Shown here one piece after another: positions 10,107 to 21,600 of a stretch of 64,000 bases of DNA. Origin of the DNA: Bryobacterales bacterium (GTDB taxonomy: Bacteria > Acidobacteriota > Terriglobia > Bryobacterales > UBA6623); contig OY729428.2 in NCBI GenBank assembly GCA_963422375.2, forward strand, positions 2,944,001-3,008,000, given 5' to 3'. Below the pieces are notes generated by a model that did not search any database, was not told the origin of the DNA, and was given only the letters and a program-made list of their open reading frames with translations. The position numbers were made by a program, and so were the translations under genes. How positions within the stretch are numbered: the stretch's first letter is position 1; every line of letters starts with the position of its first letter.

Positions 10107-11923
10107 GTAACTACCCAGGTACACGAGTCGGGTTTCATTGCAGCGCAGAGTGGACCGGTAGCGGAAGGGAGCCAGCGGAGGCGGGGCTGGGTCGTACGGT
10201 GCTGGTGGAGTGCCGCCAGCACTGCACGGGGCGCGGGGGCCGCGCCAGGTGCTGGCGCGGCAGCAGTTGACGCCGACCGTCGAATACATGTATAGATAGG
10301 AATGTTCCTAGCCTACAGGTGCTGGGGAAAGCATGGCGGAAGCATGGCCAGCGGCGGAGCGAGCGGCGGTCGGCGAGATCGCCGGGCTGCGGGCGGAGAA
10401 CGCACGGTTGCGGACCGAGCTGGCCGCTTGGCAGCAGCGCGCCGAGGGGCAGCGCGCGGAGATCGGCGGATTGCAACAGCGCTGGGAGGAGTTGGAGCGC
10501 TAGGTGGGCCTGCACAGCGCTAACAGCGGCAAGCCGCCGTCGAGCGACGGGCCGCGCAAGCCGCCTGCGGAGCCGCGCACGCGCAGCCAGCGCGGCCGCT
10601 CCGGCAAGCGCTCGGGCGGGCAGCCCGGGCACCGGGGCGCCACCCTGCAGCAGACCACCCGCCCGGATCACATCGAGAGCCACCTGCCGCCGCAATGCGG
10701 CGGCTGCGGGGCGCCGCTGTCCGCAGCGGCCAGCGAGGGCCGGCCGGTGCGGCGGCAGGTGTTCGACTTGCCGCCGCCGCGCTGGGAAGTGACCGAAGCA
10801 CCGCGCGCAGGCCTGCCGCTGCGGGTCTTGCGGCCAGCTGACACGGGCCGCGTTCCCGGCCGGGGTGAACGCGCCGGTGCAGTACGGCCCGCGCCTCGCC
10901 GCCACGGCGGTGTACTTGCAGAATGCGCATTGCCTGCCCGAGGAGCGTTTGGCCGAGATCTTCCGGGACCTGCACGGAGTGCGCGTGTGCGCGGCGACGC
11001 TGGCCGGCATGACGCGTCAGGCGGCGGAGCGCTGGCGGGCGTGCAGCGAGCGCGTGCGGGATCCGATCGCGGGCGCGGACAGCGTGAAACACTTGGACGA
11101 GACGGGGTTCCGGATCGCCGGGCGGACGCAGTGGCTGCACGTGATCGGCACGCCGCGGCTGACGTTCTACCGGCCGAGCGCCCGGCGGGGCAGCCTGCTG
11201 GAAGGCCTGCGAGGCTGCTTGGTGCACGATCACTGGAAGCCGTATTTCACGATCGCGGGCGTGCGGCACGCGCTCTGCAACGCGCATCATCCGCGCGAGT
11301 TGCAAGCGCTGGCGGACATGGACGGGGAAGCTTGGGCGGGCCGCATGCAGCGGTTGCTGCGGCGGGCGGGGCAGGCGGCGCGGATCGCGCGCGAGCGGGG
11401 CATTCCGCTGCCGCCGTCGCTGGTGCAGCGCATCGAGCGGCACTACGACAGCTTGGTCGCGCGGGCGCTGGCCGAGCACGCGGCGCGGGCGCCGCTGCGG
11501 CCGCCGTGCCCGGGACGGCGCGGGCGCAAGAAGCGGCGCCCGGGCCACAATCCGGCGTTGCGGCTGCGCGACCGCAAGGAGGCGGTGCTGCGCTTCGTCC
11601 ACGATCCGCGCGTGCCGTTCACGAACAACCTGGCGGAGCGGGACCTGCGGATGATGAAGCTACGCATGAAGATCTCGGGCGGGTTCCGGTCCCGGCAGGG
11701 GGCGCAGGACTGCGCCACGCTGCGCAGCGTGCTGTCCACCGCGCGGAAGCAAGGCCGCAACCGCCTCGAGACCCTGCGGCAAGGGCCGGCCGCCCTGCTG
11801 GCCGGACTGCAATCCTAGCCGGCACCCGCATCGTCCGCCCGCGTCGCATCGCAGCTGATCGCAGCCCACACGTGCTCCCCCATACGGGCTCGTGCAGCTC
11901 GTCAGGTGTACCTAGGCAGTTAC
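10107..11923 (+). mobile_element. IS66-family element (single-ORF, ISBst12-like), degenerate
   Basis: TIRs GTAACTACCCAGGTACAC / GTGTACCTAGGCAGTTAC. Perfect 8-bp TSD GATCCCGG at 10099-10106 and 11924-11931. Confidence 0.95.
10343..11818 (+). pseudogene. IS66 transposase pseudogene
   Basis: NSGKPPSSD, GGQPGH, HLDETG, LCNAH and TNNLAERDLR motifs. In-frame TAG at 10501 and a frameshift near 10800. Confidence 0.9.
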
Positions 11924-12544
11924 GATCCCGGCACCAATGCTCGCGGGGCTCCGGAGGGAGTGCGAACGCTCCTTGTCATCGCGCTGCGGGAGACGCCGGC
12001 CGCCTAGCTCAATGCAGCCGCCCCGACACCGGGCACTGGCGAAGCCTACCGCTCCGAATCGAGCCCGCCCCGCGTCTTCGAAGGTGTTGCCAAAGGGAAG
12101 CTAGCATTGACATCCTATTCGGCCAGCGTCAAGATTCCACAGGAATCCACGTCAAACCGACGATGCGACACGCGAATCCCAGCCGCCCGGAAGCTCTCGC
12201 CTACACCGATTGGCCTAGGGGTCCGTGCGTCGCTCGCAGCGGTCGCGGCACGCTACCGGCAGGCGGAGGGAGGGGCCGTCGCAGGGGCCATCGAACCCGC
12301 CGCGCGTGCGTTTCAGGCTCGCGAGGCGACCGATCCAAGCCCGCCGAAGGTCGGGCGGCGATGCCAACGCGACCACACTCGGGGCGAGCCTATCAACCTG
12401 CTGCGAGGCGATACGGGCGCATGGGCGGGACGACCATCTCGAGTCGACCTGCCGCGCGGAGACCAACCTCGCCGGAAGCCGCAGCCAACCGCTGCCCGCG
12501 GCCCGCAACCGTTGGCCGACACACTCGTGCCAGACTCGTAGACT

Positions 12545-14242
12545 GTGCGTCGGCAACTCCCCGCCCTCCTCCTGGTGCTGGCGCAGTGCGCCTCGGAAGC
12601 ACCGCAGGACCGATCTGACCAGCCGCAGCCGCTATTTCGCGAGGCAGCGGTCGAGACAGGCCTGGTCTTCCGGCACTTCATCGGTGCGACCGGCAGTTTC
12701 TACCTTCCCGAGATCATGGGCCCGGGGGTGGCCCTGCTGGACTACGACCTGGACGGCGACCTCGACGTATACCTGCTGCAGGGATCGACCCTCGATGCAG
12801 ACAGCGATCCTGCCGACTCGCTCTTTCCTCCAAATGCACGGCTTGGAAACCGACTGTTCGAAAATCGCATCGTTCCGGACGGAACACTCACGTTTGTCGA
12901 TTCGACGGAAGGCTCCGGGCTAGGCATCGAGAGCGTTGGCATGGGAGTTGCAGTCGGAGACTACGACGCCGACGGCGATCCGGATCTATACGTGACGAGT
13001 GTCGGGCCGAACTTCTTGCTCCGCAATGTCGGGGAGGGGACCTATGAAGTGGTCGAGGGCCCTCAGGACTCGAGGTGGAGCACTTCTGCCGCGTTCGCGG
13101 ACTACGATAGCGACGGGGATCTCGATCTGTTCTTCACCAATTTCGTCGATTTCTCAGTTGCTAACAACAAGGAGTGTTTCGCAACTACCGGGGAAAGGGA
13201 CTATTGCATCCCAACCGTGTACCAGCCACTACCGGACCGCCTGTATCGCAATGACGGCGGTCGATTCACGGATGTCTCCGCCGTAGCCGGACTCAGCGCG
13301 TCGTTCGGAAACGGCCTAGGGATCGCAGCCGCCGACTTCAACAATGACGGTCGCACGGATTTGTATGTTGCGAATGACACCACGGAAAACCAGCTATGGA
13401 TCAACCTCGGAAACGACCGATTCGAAGATCATGCGATGCAGGGCGGAGCAGGTGTCAACATGGATGGCCGCGTCGAGGCAGGCATGGGAATCGCCGTAGC
13501 CGACTTCGACAGCGATTACGACGAAGACATACTGGTCACGCACAACGTTCACGAAACGAATACCCTGTACGTCAACTTTGGGAACGGGCTATTCTCCGAC
13601 TCGACCAACCGATACGGACTCGGCAATCCTAGCCTCGCTTACACAGGTTTCGGCGTCGCATGGGCCGACTTCAACAACGACGGGCACCTTGACGTTTTCG
13701 CCGCTAACGGAGCCGTAGCAGTCATCGAGACGCAACGAGGCGAACCGTTTCCGTTCGTTCAAGAAAACCAGCTGTACCTCGGCGGTGAGCGAGGCTTCGA
13801 AGTGATGCGAGCAGCGGCAGCGTGGGGTCCGATCGAAGCCAAGGTGAGCAGGGGCCTGTCAATCGGGGACCTCGACCTTGACGGTGATCTGGATCTCGTC
13901 GTCACCAACTGCAATGGGCCCGTGCGCTTGTATCTCAACCAGACCGATGGCGACCGCTGGTTGCGAGCGAGGCTGGTCGGACGCAACGGCACCTCCGGCG
14001 GACTCGGGGCGCGGGTGGGGCTCTGCTCGGAAGACGGACCCTGTTCGTGGCGTCGCGTCCATCGCGACGGAAGCTATCTCAGCTCCAGCGAGGCGGCCGC
14101 GCACTTCGGGCTGCGCGAGGGGCACGCTCCCACCCATCTAGAAGTCCACTGGACGAGTGGCACGCGAGAGCGCTTTCCGCTGAACGAGACAGGAACTGTT
14201 GTCATCCTCGAGGAGGGCGCGGGCACGCCAGTCAGCCAGTAG
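12545..14242 (+). CDS. CRTAC1-like FG-GAP repeat / ASPIC-UnbV domain protein
   Basis: Repeated DYDxDGDxDL / DFNNDG motifs, SRGLSIGDLDLDGDLD, and GSYLSS...HFGL at the C-terminus. Confidence 0.92.
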   Translation: MRRQLPALLLVLAQCASEAPQDRSDQPQPLFREAAVETGLVFRHFIGATGSFYLPEIMGPGVALLDYDLDGDLDVYLLQGSTLDADSDPADSLFPPNARLGNRLFENRIVPDGTLTFVDSTEGSGLGIESVGMGVAVGDYDADGDPDLYVTSVGPNFLLRNVGEGTYEVVEGPQDSRWSTSAAFADYDSDGDLDLFFTNFVDFSVANNKECFATTGERDYCIPTVYQPLPDRLYRNDGGRFTDVSAVAGLSASFGNGLGIAAADFNNDGRTDLYVANDTTENQLWINLGNDRFEDHAMQGGAGVNMDGRVEAGMGIAVADFDSDYDEDILVTHNVHETNTLYVNFGNGLFSDSTNRYGLGNPSLAYTGFGVAWADFNNDGHLDVFAANGAVAVIETQRGEPFPFVQENQLYLGGERGFEVMRAAAAWGPIEAKVSRGLSIGDLDLDGDLDLVVTNCNGPVRLYLNQTDGDRWLRARLVGRNGTSGGLGARVGLCSEDGPCSWRRVHRDGSYLSSSEAAAHFGLREGHAPTHLEVHWTSGTRERFPLNETGTVVILEEGAGTPVSQ

Positions 14243-14513
14243 AGGCGGTACCCTCGATTCGGCCCCTCCCTCAAGGCTGCCCGCACGACGGGCCGACGCT
14301 CTAGACACCAATCGCGACGAATCTCACTCGGGCCCGCGCATCCGCGGGATTGAAGTCCCGAGACGGCGATGGCAGATCCTAGAGGCCGAACGGAGCGAGG
14401 CGGTCTCGGGCCAGTGAAGACTGCGCTGAATTGCGACAAGCGACCGGGCACTTGTCGGCGCGGACGAATCCGAGACGCCGACGAGGCCCGCTGGGCTTCT
14501 ACCAGGACGCGAC

Positions 14514-15974
14514 TCAGCCGGTCCAGAGATCCATCAGCGGCTTGCCCTTGACAAGGTCACGGGGCTGGTTGAGGTGGTTGTGAATCTCCTGGTTGGGCTC
14601 CACGCCCAGCGCGTAGTAGATCGTGGCGAGCAGGTCGTTCGGATGCACGGGCTTATCCTTCGGGGAGGAGGCCGTCGCATCGGAGGCGCCGTAGAGGCGT
14701 CCGCCGGGAATCCCAGCTCCGGCGACCATCGCCGTGTAGCAGTACGGCCAGTGGTCCCGTCCATCCGGCGAGTTCGTGTTGCCCGACGTAGAGACGCCGA
14801 GGCGCGGGGAACGCCCGAACTCGCCCACGGCGACTACCAGCGTCTCGCCCAGCAGCTCCCGATCGTCCATGTCCGTCAGCAGCGTCGATAGGGTGCGGTC
14901 CAGCTTCGGGCAGTGCAGGTCCCGCAACGGGCCGAAGTTCGCCGCGTGGGTGTCCCAAGCGGTGGTCTCGGGGTTGCCGTTGGCGACCGACGGCCAATTG
15001 AGCTGCACCATGCGGGTCCCCGCCTCGACCAGACGACGCGCCATCAGGGCACCTTGGCCGAAAGTGAACCGCCCGTACCTGTCGCGCATCTCGTCCGACT
15101 CCAGCGAGAGGTCGAAGGCGTTGCGCGCCTTTCCCGAGAGGACCAGGTCAAACGCGTTCTGGTAGTACTTGTCCAGCGCGTAGCTGCCCACGGCCTTGTC
15201 GAGGGCGGGCATCGAGCCGTTGATGCCGCGCAGCAACTCGAAGCGGCTCTGCAGGCGCTCCGACGGCACTTCCTTGCGCAGCTCGAGGTCGTCCAGCTGG
15301 ATGGGCTTATTCGGATCTTGGTAGAGGCGGTACGGGTCGAAGGCCTTGCCGATGAACCCGGCGGCTCCCCCCTTCCCGATCACACTCGACTCCTGCAGAG
15401 GCCGCGGCAGCTCCACGAACGGCAGGACGGGCTCGGCAGGGGGGCGGAACTTGGTGATCCACGATCCCGCGGTCGGATAGTCGTTAGGGGACGGCGGCTC
15501 CAGCTGGCCCGAGGGTGACACCTCCGTGGGCTCGTACCCCGTGAGCATTTGGTAAATCGCCGCCGTGTGGTTGAACAGGCCGGCGGGCGTGTAGCTCATC
15601 GACCGGATCAGCGTGCATTTGTCGACCGCGTCCGCCAGCATGGGCATCGTTTCGCTGAGATGAATCCCCGGGACCTTCGTCTTGATCGACTTGAACTCGC
15701 CGCGAACGTTGGACGGCGCGTCGGGCTTCGGATCCCAGATGTCGATGTGCGACGGTCCTCCTTGCAGGAACAGGACGATGACGGACTTGGCGGAGCCGAA
15801 TCCGGTCGAACCGCTGTAACGGCTGGGCAAGGTCGAGGCCCTAGCCTTGTCCTGCATTCGCAGCACGTCCTGAAGAGAGAGTCCGAATAGGCCCAGCGAG
15901 CCGATCTTCATGAACTCACGGCGGGCGGACCCGTCGCAGAATCGAGCGAGGTGGCGGTTTGGAATCGTCAGCAT
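14514..15974 (-). CDS. DUF1501 domain protein
   Basis: RREFMKIG, FLQGGPSHIDIWDPKP, ARRLVEAG, WDTH, GEFGRSP and GRDHW motifs. Confidence 0.92.
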   Translation of the reverse strand: MLTIPNRHLARFCDGSARREFMKIGSLGLFGLSLQDVLRMQDKARASTLPSRYSGSTGFGSAKSVIVLFLQGGPSHIDIWDPKPDAPSNVRGEFKSIKTKVPGIHLSETMPMLADAVDKCTLIRSMSYTPAGLFNHTAAIYQMLTGYEPTEVSPSGQLEPPSPNDYPTAGSWITKFRPPAEPVLPFVELPRPLQESSVIGKGGAAGFIGKAFDPYRLYQDPNKPIQLDDLELRKEVPSERLQSRFELLRGINGSMPALDKAVGSYALDKYYQNAFDLVLSGKARNAFDLSLESDEMRDRYGRFTFGQGALMARRLVEAGTRMVQLNWPSVANGNPETTAWDTHAANFGPLRDLHCPKLDRTLSTLLTDMDDRELLGETLVVAVGEFGRSPRLGVSTSGNTNSPDGRDHWPYCYTAMVAGAGIPGGRLYGASDATASSPKDKPVHPNDLLATIYYALGVEPNQEIHNHLNQPRDLVKGKPLMDLWTG

Positions 15975-16318
15975 GGCTTCTAGCTATAGGGATTATATTT
16001 CAATTCGGAAGCGGCTTGGAACGGTTTTCGAGCGCCTGCTGGAGAATTCGACCGTGACAGGGAGGATTCCGAGCCGTTCGGACGGGATTCGGCGCGCGAG
16101 GTCGCAGGTCGAGACCGGCTGCGCCGCCGTCCGCTGTCAGAGACCCTGGCATGAAGCGGCCCGTCCCGAGCAGGTCCCAGCCCTGGGACAGGCGCTGGAG
16201 CAGCGCGTGCGGCACCGACGACTGGCAGAGCGGTCCGCCACGGCGACCCCGCGCTCGCCGCTAGAGACGTCGGCCGCCTAGCTCGACCCGCTCGATCAAC
16301 CGTTCTCCGGAATCGCAC

Positions 16319-17020
16319 TCACCGCCGCAGGCCGGCAACGGCCAGCATCCGCCCCGTGTGTCCCCGCTCGGCGCGATAGGAGAAGTAGCGATCCAGATCG
16401 CAGCTGGTGCATTCGCCCGTGGCGTGAACAGTCTCTACACCGACGGCCGCGAGCTGTCCAGCCAGCACGGATCCGAGATCGACGTGCGGCTTTGCCCGAC
16501 CTCGGTCGACCGCGTCCTGGCTGAACCGGGACGCGACGTCCTCCCCGACCTCGAAGCAACAGGGACCGATTCCCGGGCCGATGGCAGCCTCCAAGTCGGG
16601 CACCCGCACACCGCACTCGGCAGCCAGGGCCGAGACCGCGTTGGGCAGGATCCCGGCCACAGCTCCCCTCCACCCGGCGTGAATCGCCGCAACCGATTGC
16701 GTCACGGGATCCGCCAGCAGGACAGGAACGCAATCCGCCGTCCGCACGCCGACCAGCACTCCGGCGCGGTCGGTCAGGACCGCATCTGCCACTGGCCTGC
16801 GATCCCCCCACGCCTCGACGGCCCGCACGCAGACGTGCGAGTGAACTTGCTTGAGAGTGGCCGTCGCGAAGCCGCTCGCCCCGAACGCGCCGGCGACCTC
16901 GCTGTCACCCGGCCACTCGAGGAAGTCGCCCGTCGCTCGCGTGGAAAAACCGTGAACGAGCCACCGATGTCGGTCCCACGCCGATATCCGCAGGACGCCC
17001 CGTTCGCAGACTCTGAACAT
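16319..17020 (-). CDS. pgeF: Peptidoglycan editing factor PgeF / YfiH family protein
   Basis: HGFSTR, QVHS, TADCVPVL, HAGWRG, GPGIGPCCFEV and FSYRA motifs. Confidence 0.92.
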   Translation of the reverse strand: MFRVCERGVLRISAWDRHRWLVHGFSTRATGDFLEWPGDSEVAGAFGASGFATATLKQVHSHVCVRAVEAWGDRRPVADAVLTDRAGVLVGVRTADCVPVLLADPVTQSVAAIHAGWRGAVAGILPNAVSALAAECGVRVPDLEAAIGPGIGPCCFEVGEDVASRFSQDAVDRGRAKPHVDLGSVLAGQLAAVGVETVHATGECTSCDLDRYFSYRAERGHTGRMLAVAGLRR

Positions 17021-17028
17021 GCCGCGGC

Positions 17029-18006
17029 CTACAGGCCTAGCAGCCAAGCCGGGTTGGCCTTGGACATGCGGTCGACTTCCTCCTGGGAGAAGCCCGCGCG
17101 CAGCAGCTTGGCTAGGAACACGGCGAGGCCGTCGGTGTGGATCGGGTTCATCGACTGCCCGAGGTCGCTCGAGATCACCACGTGCTCGGGCCCGACCTCC
17201 CGGATCGCATTGACGTAGGCGGCGAGCTTCTCCTCGTCCGAGCCGCTCCAGGTCGGATTCGACGCAAGGGCCGTGCCGACCGGATACTCCAGCATCGCCC
17301 CGAGGCTGGCCGCCGTCTTCTGGAGCTCGATGCTCATGCCGACAGGAGGAGGCAGCGGATGCGTGACGATGATCCGGTCGATTGCCCGTTCCTTCGCCGC
17401 GCGGACGAGCATCAGGGATTCTTCGGGCGACGAGTGCCCGGTCGCGAGAACCAGTCCCCGCTCAGCGACGACATCGAGCACCGCGAGCACGCCGGGCAGC
17501 AGGGAACCGCCCTCGCTGACGGGGACGCGGTTCGGATTCGGCCTGTGGACGCGGTGATAGTGCTCGGAATCGAAAGTCGGCATCCAGACCACGCGGCCGT
17601 GCCCGCCCGTGGAGCGGGCCATGTGCTCGACCGCCACCGCGTTGATTCCGGTGGAGGAGTTCAGCGCGATCCCGCCGAATACCCTGATGCCGGGAACGGC
17701 GCGCTCCACGGCAAAGGCGAGGCCCGCGGTCGGGGCGTAATGGTTCTTCAGCAACAGGGCGCGCACCCCGGCGTCGCGAGCGATGCGCGCAAGCTGCAAG
17801 GAGCCGATCGATCGCGGACCGCTGTCCGGGGCACTGTGGACGTGCAGGTCGACCACGCCCTCGATGCTCGCCGGCTCGACGCCGCCGGTGGTTCCGCACC
17901 ACGCGCAGGATTCCTGGGCCGCCGTTGAGCCGGGCACTGCGAGCCAAGCTACGCCCAGACCGCAGCCGGCGACGACTGGCAGCGCGAACCGATTCCACGT
18001 TGGCAT
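17029..18006 (-). CDS. DUF6282-like metal-dependent amidohydrolase-fold protein, likely exported
   Basis: DLHVHSAPD, LKNH, VWMPT, LATGH and ISSDLGQ motifs, with an N-terminal hydrophobic segment. Confidence 0.8.
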   Translation of the reverse strand: MPTWNRFALPVVAGCGLGVAWLAVPGSTAAQESCAWCGTTGGVEPASIEGVVDLHVHSAPDSGPRSIGSLQLARIARDAGVRALLLKNHYAPTAGLAFAVERAVPGIRVFGGIALNSSTGINAVAVEHMARSTGGHGRVVWMPTFDSEHYHRVHRPNPNRVPVSEGGSLLPGVLAVLDVVAERGLVLATGHSSPEESLMLVRAAKERAIDRIIVTHPLPPPVGMSIELQKTAASLGAMLEYPVGTALASNPTWSGSDEEKLAAYVNAIREVGPEHVVISSDLGQSMNPIHTDGLAVFLAKLLRAGFSQEEVDRMSKANPAWLLGL

Positions 18007-18219
18007 GCCGCGCGCCTCGCCTCCGGGCGGACCGGCCGGAGACTGCGCCGCGGCCCGCCTCGTCGCAGGGCCGCTCCTGCACCGGTACCTCCCATAGCAT
18101 GTCATACGCGAGTCGCCGACTCGACCCGGGCGACGCCAGCTGCGGCGCCGCCGTCGCGGGCCGCCCCGAATCGGCGCTCGATTTACGGCTAAACTGAGCG
18201 GTCGGGCGTCGGACAGCAT

Positions 18220-19023
18220 ATGAAGCTTGAAGGACAGGTCGCCATCGTCACGGGCGGCGCGACCGGAATGGGGCGCGCGATCAGCACTCGGCTCGCGGCC
18301 GAAGGCGCGCGCGTCCTGATCAGCTATCGGGCTTCCGAAGCCGCGGCCAGCGTGCTGGCCGCCGAAATCGAGGGGGCGGGCGGCGCGGCATGGGCCTACC
18401 GGGCCGACGTGCGTAGCGACCGCCAGGTCACGGCCATGGTCGCGGACATCGCGGAGCGCTGGGGCCGTCTCGACGTCCTGGTCAACAACGCGGGCTGGAG
18501 CAGGGTGACCCCGCACTGGCAGCTCGACGACCTGACGGACGAGATCTGGGACCGCACGCTCGACACCAACCTGCGCGGCGCCTTCTATTGCAGCCGTGCA
18601 GCCGTGCCGCTGATGCGCGAGCACGGCGGAGGCTCCATCGTCAACAACGCCTCGGCATCGGCGTATTCCGCCGCGGGCAGCTCGATCGTGTACTCGGCGT
18701 CCAAGGCGGCGATGGTCAACATGACCGTATCCCTGGCACGGGCGCTCGCCCCGGACATCCGCGTCAATGCCGTCGCGCCCGGCTTGGTGCGCACGCGCTT
18801 CGCGGGCTGGCCCGTCGAGGCCTTCGAACAGGGGCGCCGAGTCTCGCCGCTCGAAAGGATCGCGTCCGTCGAAGAGGTCGCAGCCACGGTGCTGTTCCTA
18901 GCCGCGGATGCGACCGCGATCACGGGCGAGACGATCGTGATCGATTGCGGTGCAACGAGGCTGTCCACGTCGCGCCCCCGCAAGAAGGCCGCCGAGGAAA
19001 GCAGCGAGGGCCGCGGGCATTGA
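18220..19023 (+). CDS. SDR family oxidoreductase
   Basis: TGGATGMG, NNAG, YSASK and VNAVAPG motifs. Confidence 0.93.
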   Translation: MKLEGQVAIVTGGATGMGRAISTRLAAEGARVLISYRASEAAASVLAAEIEGAGGAAWAYRADVRSDRQVTAMVADIAERWGRLDVLVNNAGWSRVTPHWQLDDLTDEIWDRTLDTNLRGAFYCSRAAVPLMREHGGGSIVNNASASAYSAAGSSIVYSASKAAMVNMTVSLARALAPDIRVNAVAPGLVRTRFAGWPVEAFEQGRRVSPLERIASVEEVAATVLFLAADATAITGETIVIDCGATRLSTSRPRKKAAEESSEGRGH

Positions 19024-20012
19024 CCAGCTGGCCGACGCGTCTCGCAAACTTGTTAGCAGTCGCCGCATTCGCGGGGGCGGTAGCGCTGCTGGTCGCCGCG
19101 CTGCCGCTCGACGGGCTGATCGGCGCCTTGCGCGCTTGGGTCGCAGGCCTCGGCTTCTGGGCTCCGCTTGCTTACGCGCTCGCCTACGGCCTGGCCACGA
19201 CGGCCCTCGTTCCGGGATCGGTGCTCTCGCTCGCAGCCGGGGCCCTGTTCGGGCCGTGGGTGGCCACCGCCGTCGTGTGGACGGGAGCTACTCTGGCCAT
19301 CGCGCTGTCCTTCCTCGCGGCGCGCTACGTCGCCCGCTCGCGAGTGGAGGACTGGGCCCGCTCGAGCCCGCGGTTCAACGCGGTTGACCGGGCTATCGGG
19401 GAGCAGGGCTGGAAGATCGTCGCGCTGATGCGGCTTTCCCCGGCCTTCCCGTTCGGGCTGCAGAACTACCTGTTCGGCATCACCGCGATCCGCTTCTGGC
19501 CGTGCTGCGTCGCCAGCGCGGTCTTCATCCTGCCCGGCACGTTCCTGTACGTCTACGTGGGTTACGCAGGCAGCGAAGCGGCCGCAGCCGTCAGCAGCGG
19601 AGGCCGGGCGGACTGGCTGAAGCTCGGGCTGCAAGGCGCGGGCCTTGCAGCGACCGTCCTCGTCACGATCCTCGTAGCTCGCATTGCTAGCAAGGCCGCG
19701 GGCCAGCACGTGCCGGTCGAGTCCCCCGCAGGGAACGGCCGGGCCTTGAAACGCCCGGACAAGCCCACGGGCCCCGTGTTCCCGTGGATGCTCGCGGTCT
19801 CCCTAGCGGGCCTGCTCGCGAGCATCGTCGCATTCGCCCGGCGCGAGGCCATCCGCGACCGGCTCTTCCCGTCGCGCTTCGGACAGGTCGAGATTTGCGA
19901 ATCTCGAGGCAGGACGCGGGCGAGCCTCGAACTCGCTCGACCGCGACGCGGAGCCGGGGCGGGAGCCAGCGGGTCCGAGAGGCCCGTCCGCTCGGGCGGC
20001 AAGCCCGGCTGA
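19020..20012 (+). CDS. TVP38/TMEM64 (VTT/DedA-like) membrane protein with C-terminal extension
   Basis: TTG start overlaps the SDR stop. Motifs PGSVLSLAAGALFG, LMRLSPAFPFGLQNY and LPGT. Confidence 0.85.
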   Translation: MTSWPTRLANLLAVAAFAGAVALLVAALPLDGLIGALRAWVAGLGFWAPLAYALAYGLATTALVPGSVLSLAAGALFGPWVATAVVWTGATLAIALSFLAARYVARSRVEDWARSSPRFNAVDRAIGEQGWKIVALMRLSPAFPFGLQNYLFGITAIRFWPCCVASAVFILPGTFLYVYVGYAGSEAAAAVSSGGRADWLKLGLQGAGLAATVLVTILVARIASKAAGQHVPVESPAGNGRALKRPDKPTGPVFPWMLAVSLAGLLASIVAFARREAIRDRLFPSRFGQVEICESRGRTRASLELARPRRGAGAGASGSERPVRSGGKPG

Positions 20013-20018
20013 GCCGCC

Positions 20019-21560
20019 ATGCCCGCGCCCATCGAGTCCCTGACCGAGGCCCGTCCGCTCGACCGGCACAACCGGCAGCTGGTTGCCAACGTCCACCCGC
20101 AGGACTGGAGGAATCCCGCACCGCGCAAGCGCTACCACATGGTAGTGATCGGCGCGGGCACGGCCGGCCTGATCACCGCCATCGGAGCGGCCGGACTGGG
20201 CGCGAGGGTTGCCTTGATCGAGCGGAGACTGATGGGAGGCGACTGTCTCAACGCGGGCTGCGTACCATCCAAGGCGTTGATCCGAGCGGCCGGCGTCGCA
20301 GCCGCCGTCAAGGGGGTCGCGGAATTCGGAGTGCGCCTCGCGCCGGAGGCGGCCGCGGTCGATTTCGGCGCGGTCATGGAGCGCATGCGACGGTTGCGCG
20401 CTGCGATCAGCGTTCACGACTCGGCCCGTCGCTGCAGCGACCTGGGAATCGACGTGTTTCTGGGCAAGGCGGAGTTCACGGCGCGCCGCCGAGTGCGCGT
20501 GGGCGAAGCCAGCTTCGAATTCGCCACGGCCTGCGTTGCCACGGGCACGCGGGCGGCCGTGCCGCCGGTCCGAGGCCTCGCGGAGGCCCGACCGCTGACC
20601 AACGAGTCGGTGTTCACGCTGACCGAACTGCCCGCACGTCTCGCCGTCATCGGAGGCGGGCCGATCGGCGTCGAAATGGCCCAGGCCTTCGCCCGCTTCG
20701 GCTCGCAGGTCACCCTCGTCGAGCGGGAAGAGCGCATCCTGCCCAGAGACGACCGAGAAGCCGCCGAAGCGGTCGCCGGAGCCCTGCGTCGGGACGGGGT
20801 GAGGCTCGAACTGCGGTCCGCGGTCGCGAGCGTCGCGGTCGAAGGCGACGAAGCGGTGCTAACCGTCCAGCCGATAGGCGGCGGCGCGGGAAAACCGGTT
20901 CGGGCGGACCGAGTCCTGGTCGCGGCAGGCCGGAAGCCCAACGTCGAGGACCTCGGTCTCGACCGGGCGGGGGTCGGCTATGACCCCGGCACCGGCGTGG
21001 TGGTCGACGACCGGCTGAGGACTTCCAATCGGCGCATCTACGCCGCGGGCGACGTATGCTCGGCCATCAGGTTCACGCACATGGCCGACGCGATGGCCCG
21101 CATCGTGGTCGGGAACGCGCTCTTCTTCGGCCGGTCCAAGGCGGGCGCGCTGCGAGTGCCTTGGTGCATCTACTCCGATCCGCCATTGGCGCACTTGGGG
21201 CTGTCCGAGAGCGATGCCGACCGGGACGGAATCCCGATCGACACCTACCGCACGGACATGGCCAGCGTCGACCGGGCGGTGCTGGACGGTCAGTCGGAGG
21301 GATTCGTGAAGATTCACTGCAAGCGCGGCACGGATTCGATTCTCGGGGCGACGATCGTGGCGCGACACGCCGGCGAAATGATCTCGGAGGTGTCGCTGGC
21401 AATGACCGCGGGCCTAGGGCTCAAGGCGGTCGCAGGGACGATCCATCCCTATCCGACCCACGCGGAAGCGATTCGCAAGACCGCGCTCGCCTACCAGAGA
21501 ACCAGGCTCACCCCTGCGGTGCGGCGCTTGCTGGGGGCGATCCTGCGCCTGCGGGGCTGA
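20019..21560 (+). CDS. Pyridine nucleotide-disulfide oxidoreductase (mercuric-reductase-like/Lpd family)
   Basis: GAGTAG, redox GGDCLNAGCVPSK, GGGPIG and C-terminal HPYPT. No C-terminal Cys-Cys pair. Confidence 0.9.
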   Translation: MPAPIESLTEARPLDRHNRQLVANVHPQDWRNPAPRKRYHMVVIGAGTAGLITAIGAAGLGARVALIERRLMGGDCLNAGCVPSKALIRAAGVAAAVKGVAEFGVRLAPEAAAVDFGAVMERMRRLRAAISVHDSARRCSDLGIDVFLGKAEFTARRRVRVGEASFEFATACVATGTRAAVPPVRGLAEARPLTNESVFTLTELPARLAVIGGGPIGVEMAQAFARFGSQVTLVEREERILPRDDREAAEAVAGALRRDGVRLELRSAVASVAVEGDEAVLTVQPIGGGAGKPVRADRVLVAAGRKPNVEDLGLDRAGVGYDPGTGVVVDDRLRTSNRRIYAAGDVCSAIRFTHMADAMARIVVGNALFFGRSKAGALRVPWCIYSDPPLAHLGLSESDADRDGIPIDTYRTDMASVDRAVLDGQSEGFVKIHCKRGTDSILGATIVARHAGEMISEVSLAMTAGLGLKAVAGTIHPYPTHAEAIRKTALAYQRTRLTPAVRRLLGAILRLRG

Positions 21561-21600
21561 TCGAGCAGCGAAGCGGGACCTTCGTCGGAGCCGAATCACG

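Noticed and set aside
12049..12063. 15-bp match CCGCTCCGAATCGAG shared with 47711-47725
   Set aside because: No extension into the flanks, so I cannot distinguish it from chance.
20019..21560. merA mercury resistance gene
   Set aside because: No C-terminal Cys-Cys pair or NmerA domain, the HPYPT motif is Lpd-like, and no merR/T/P genes are nearby.
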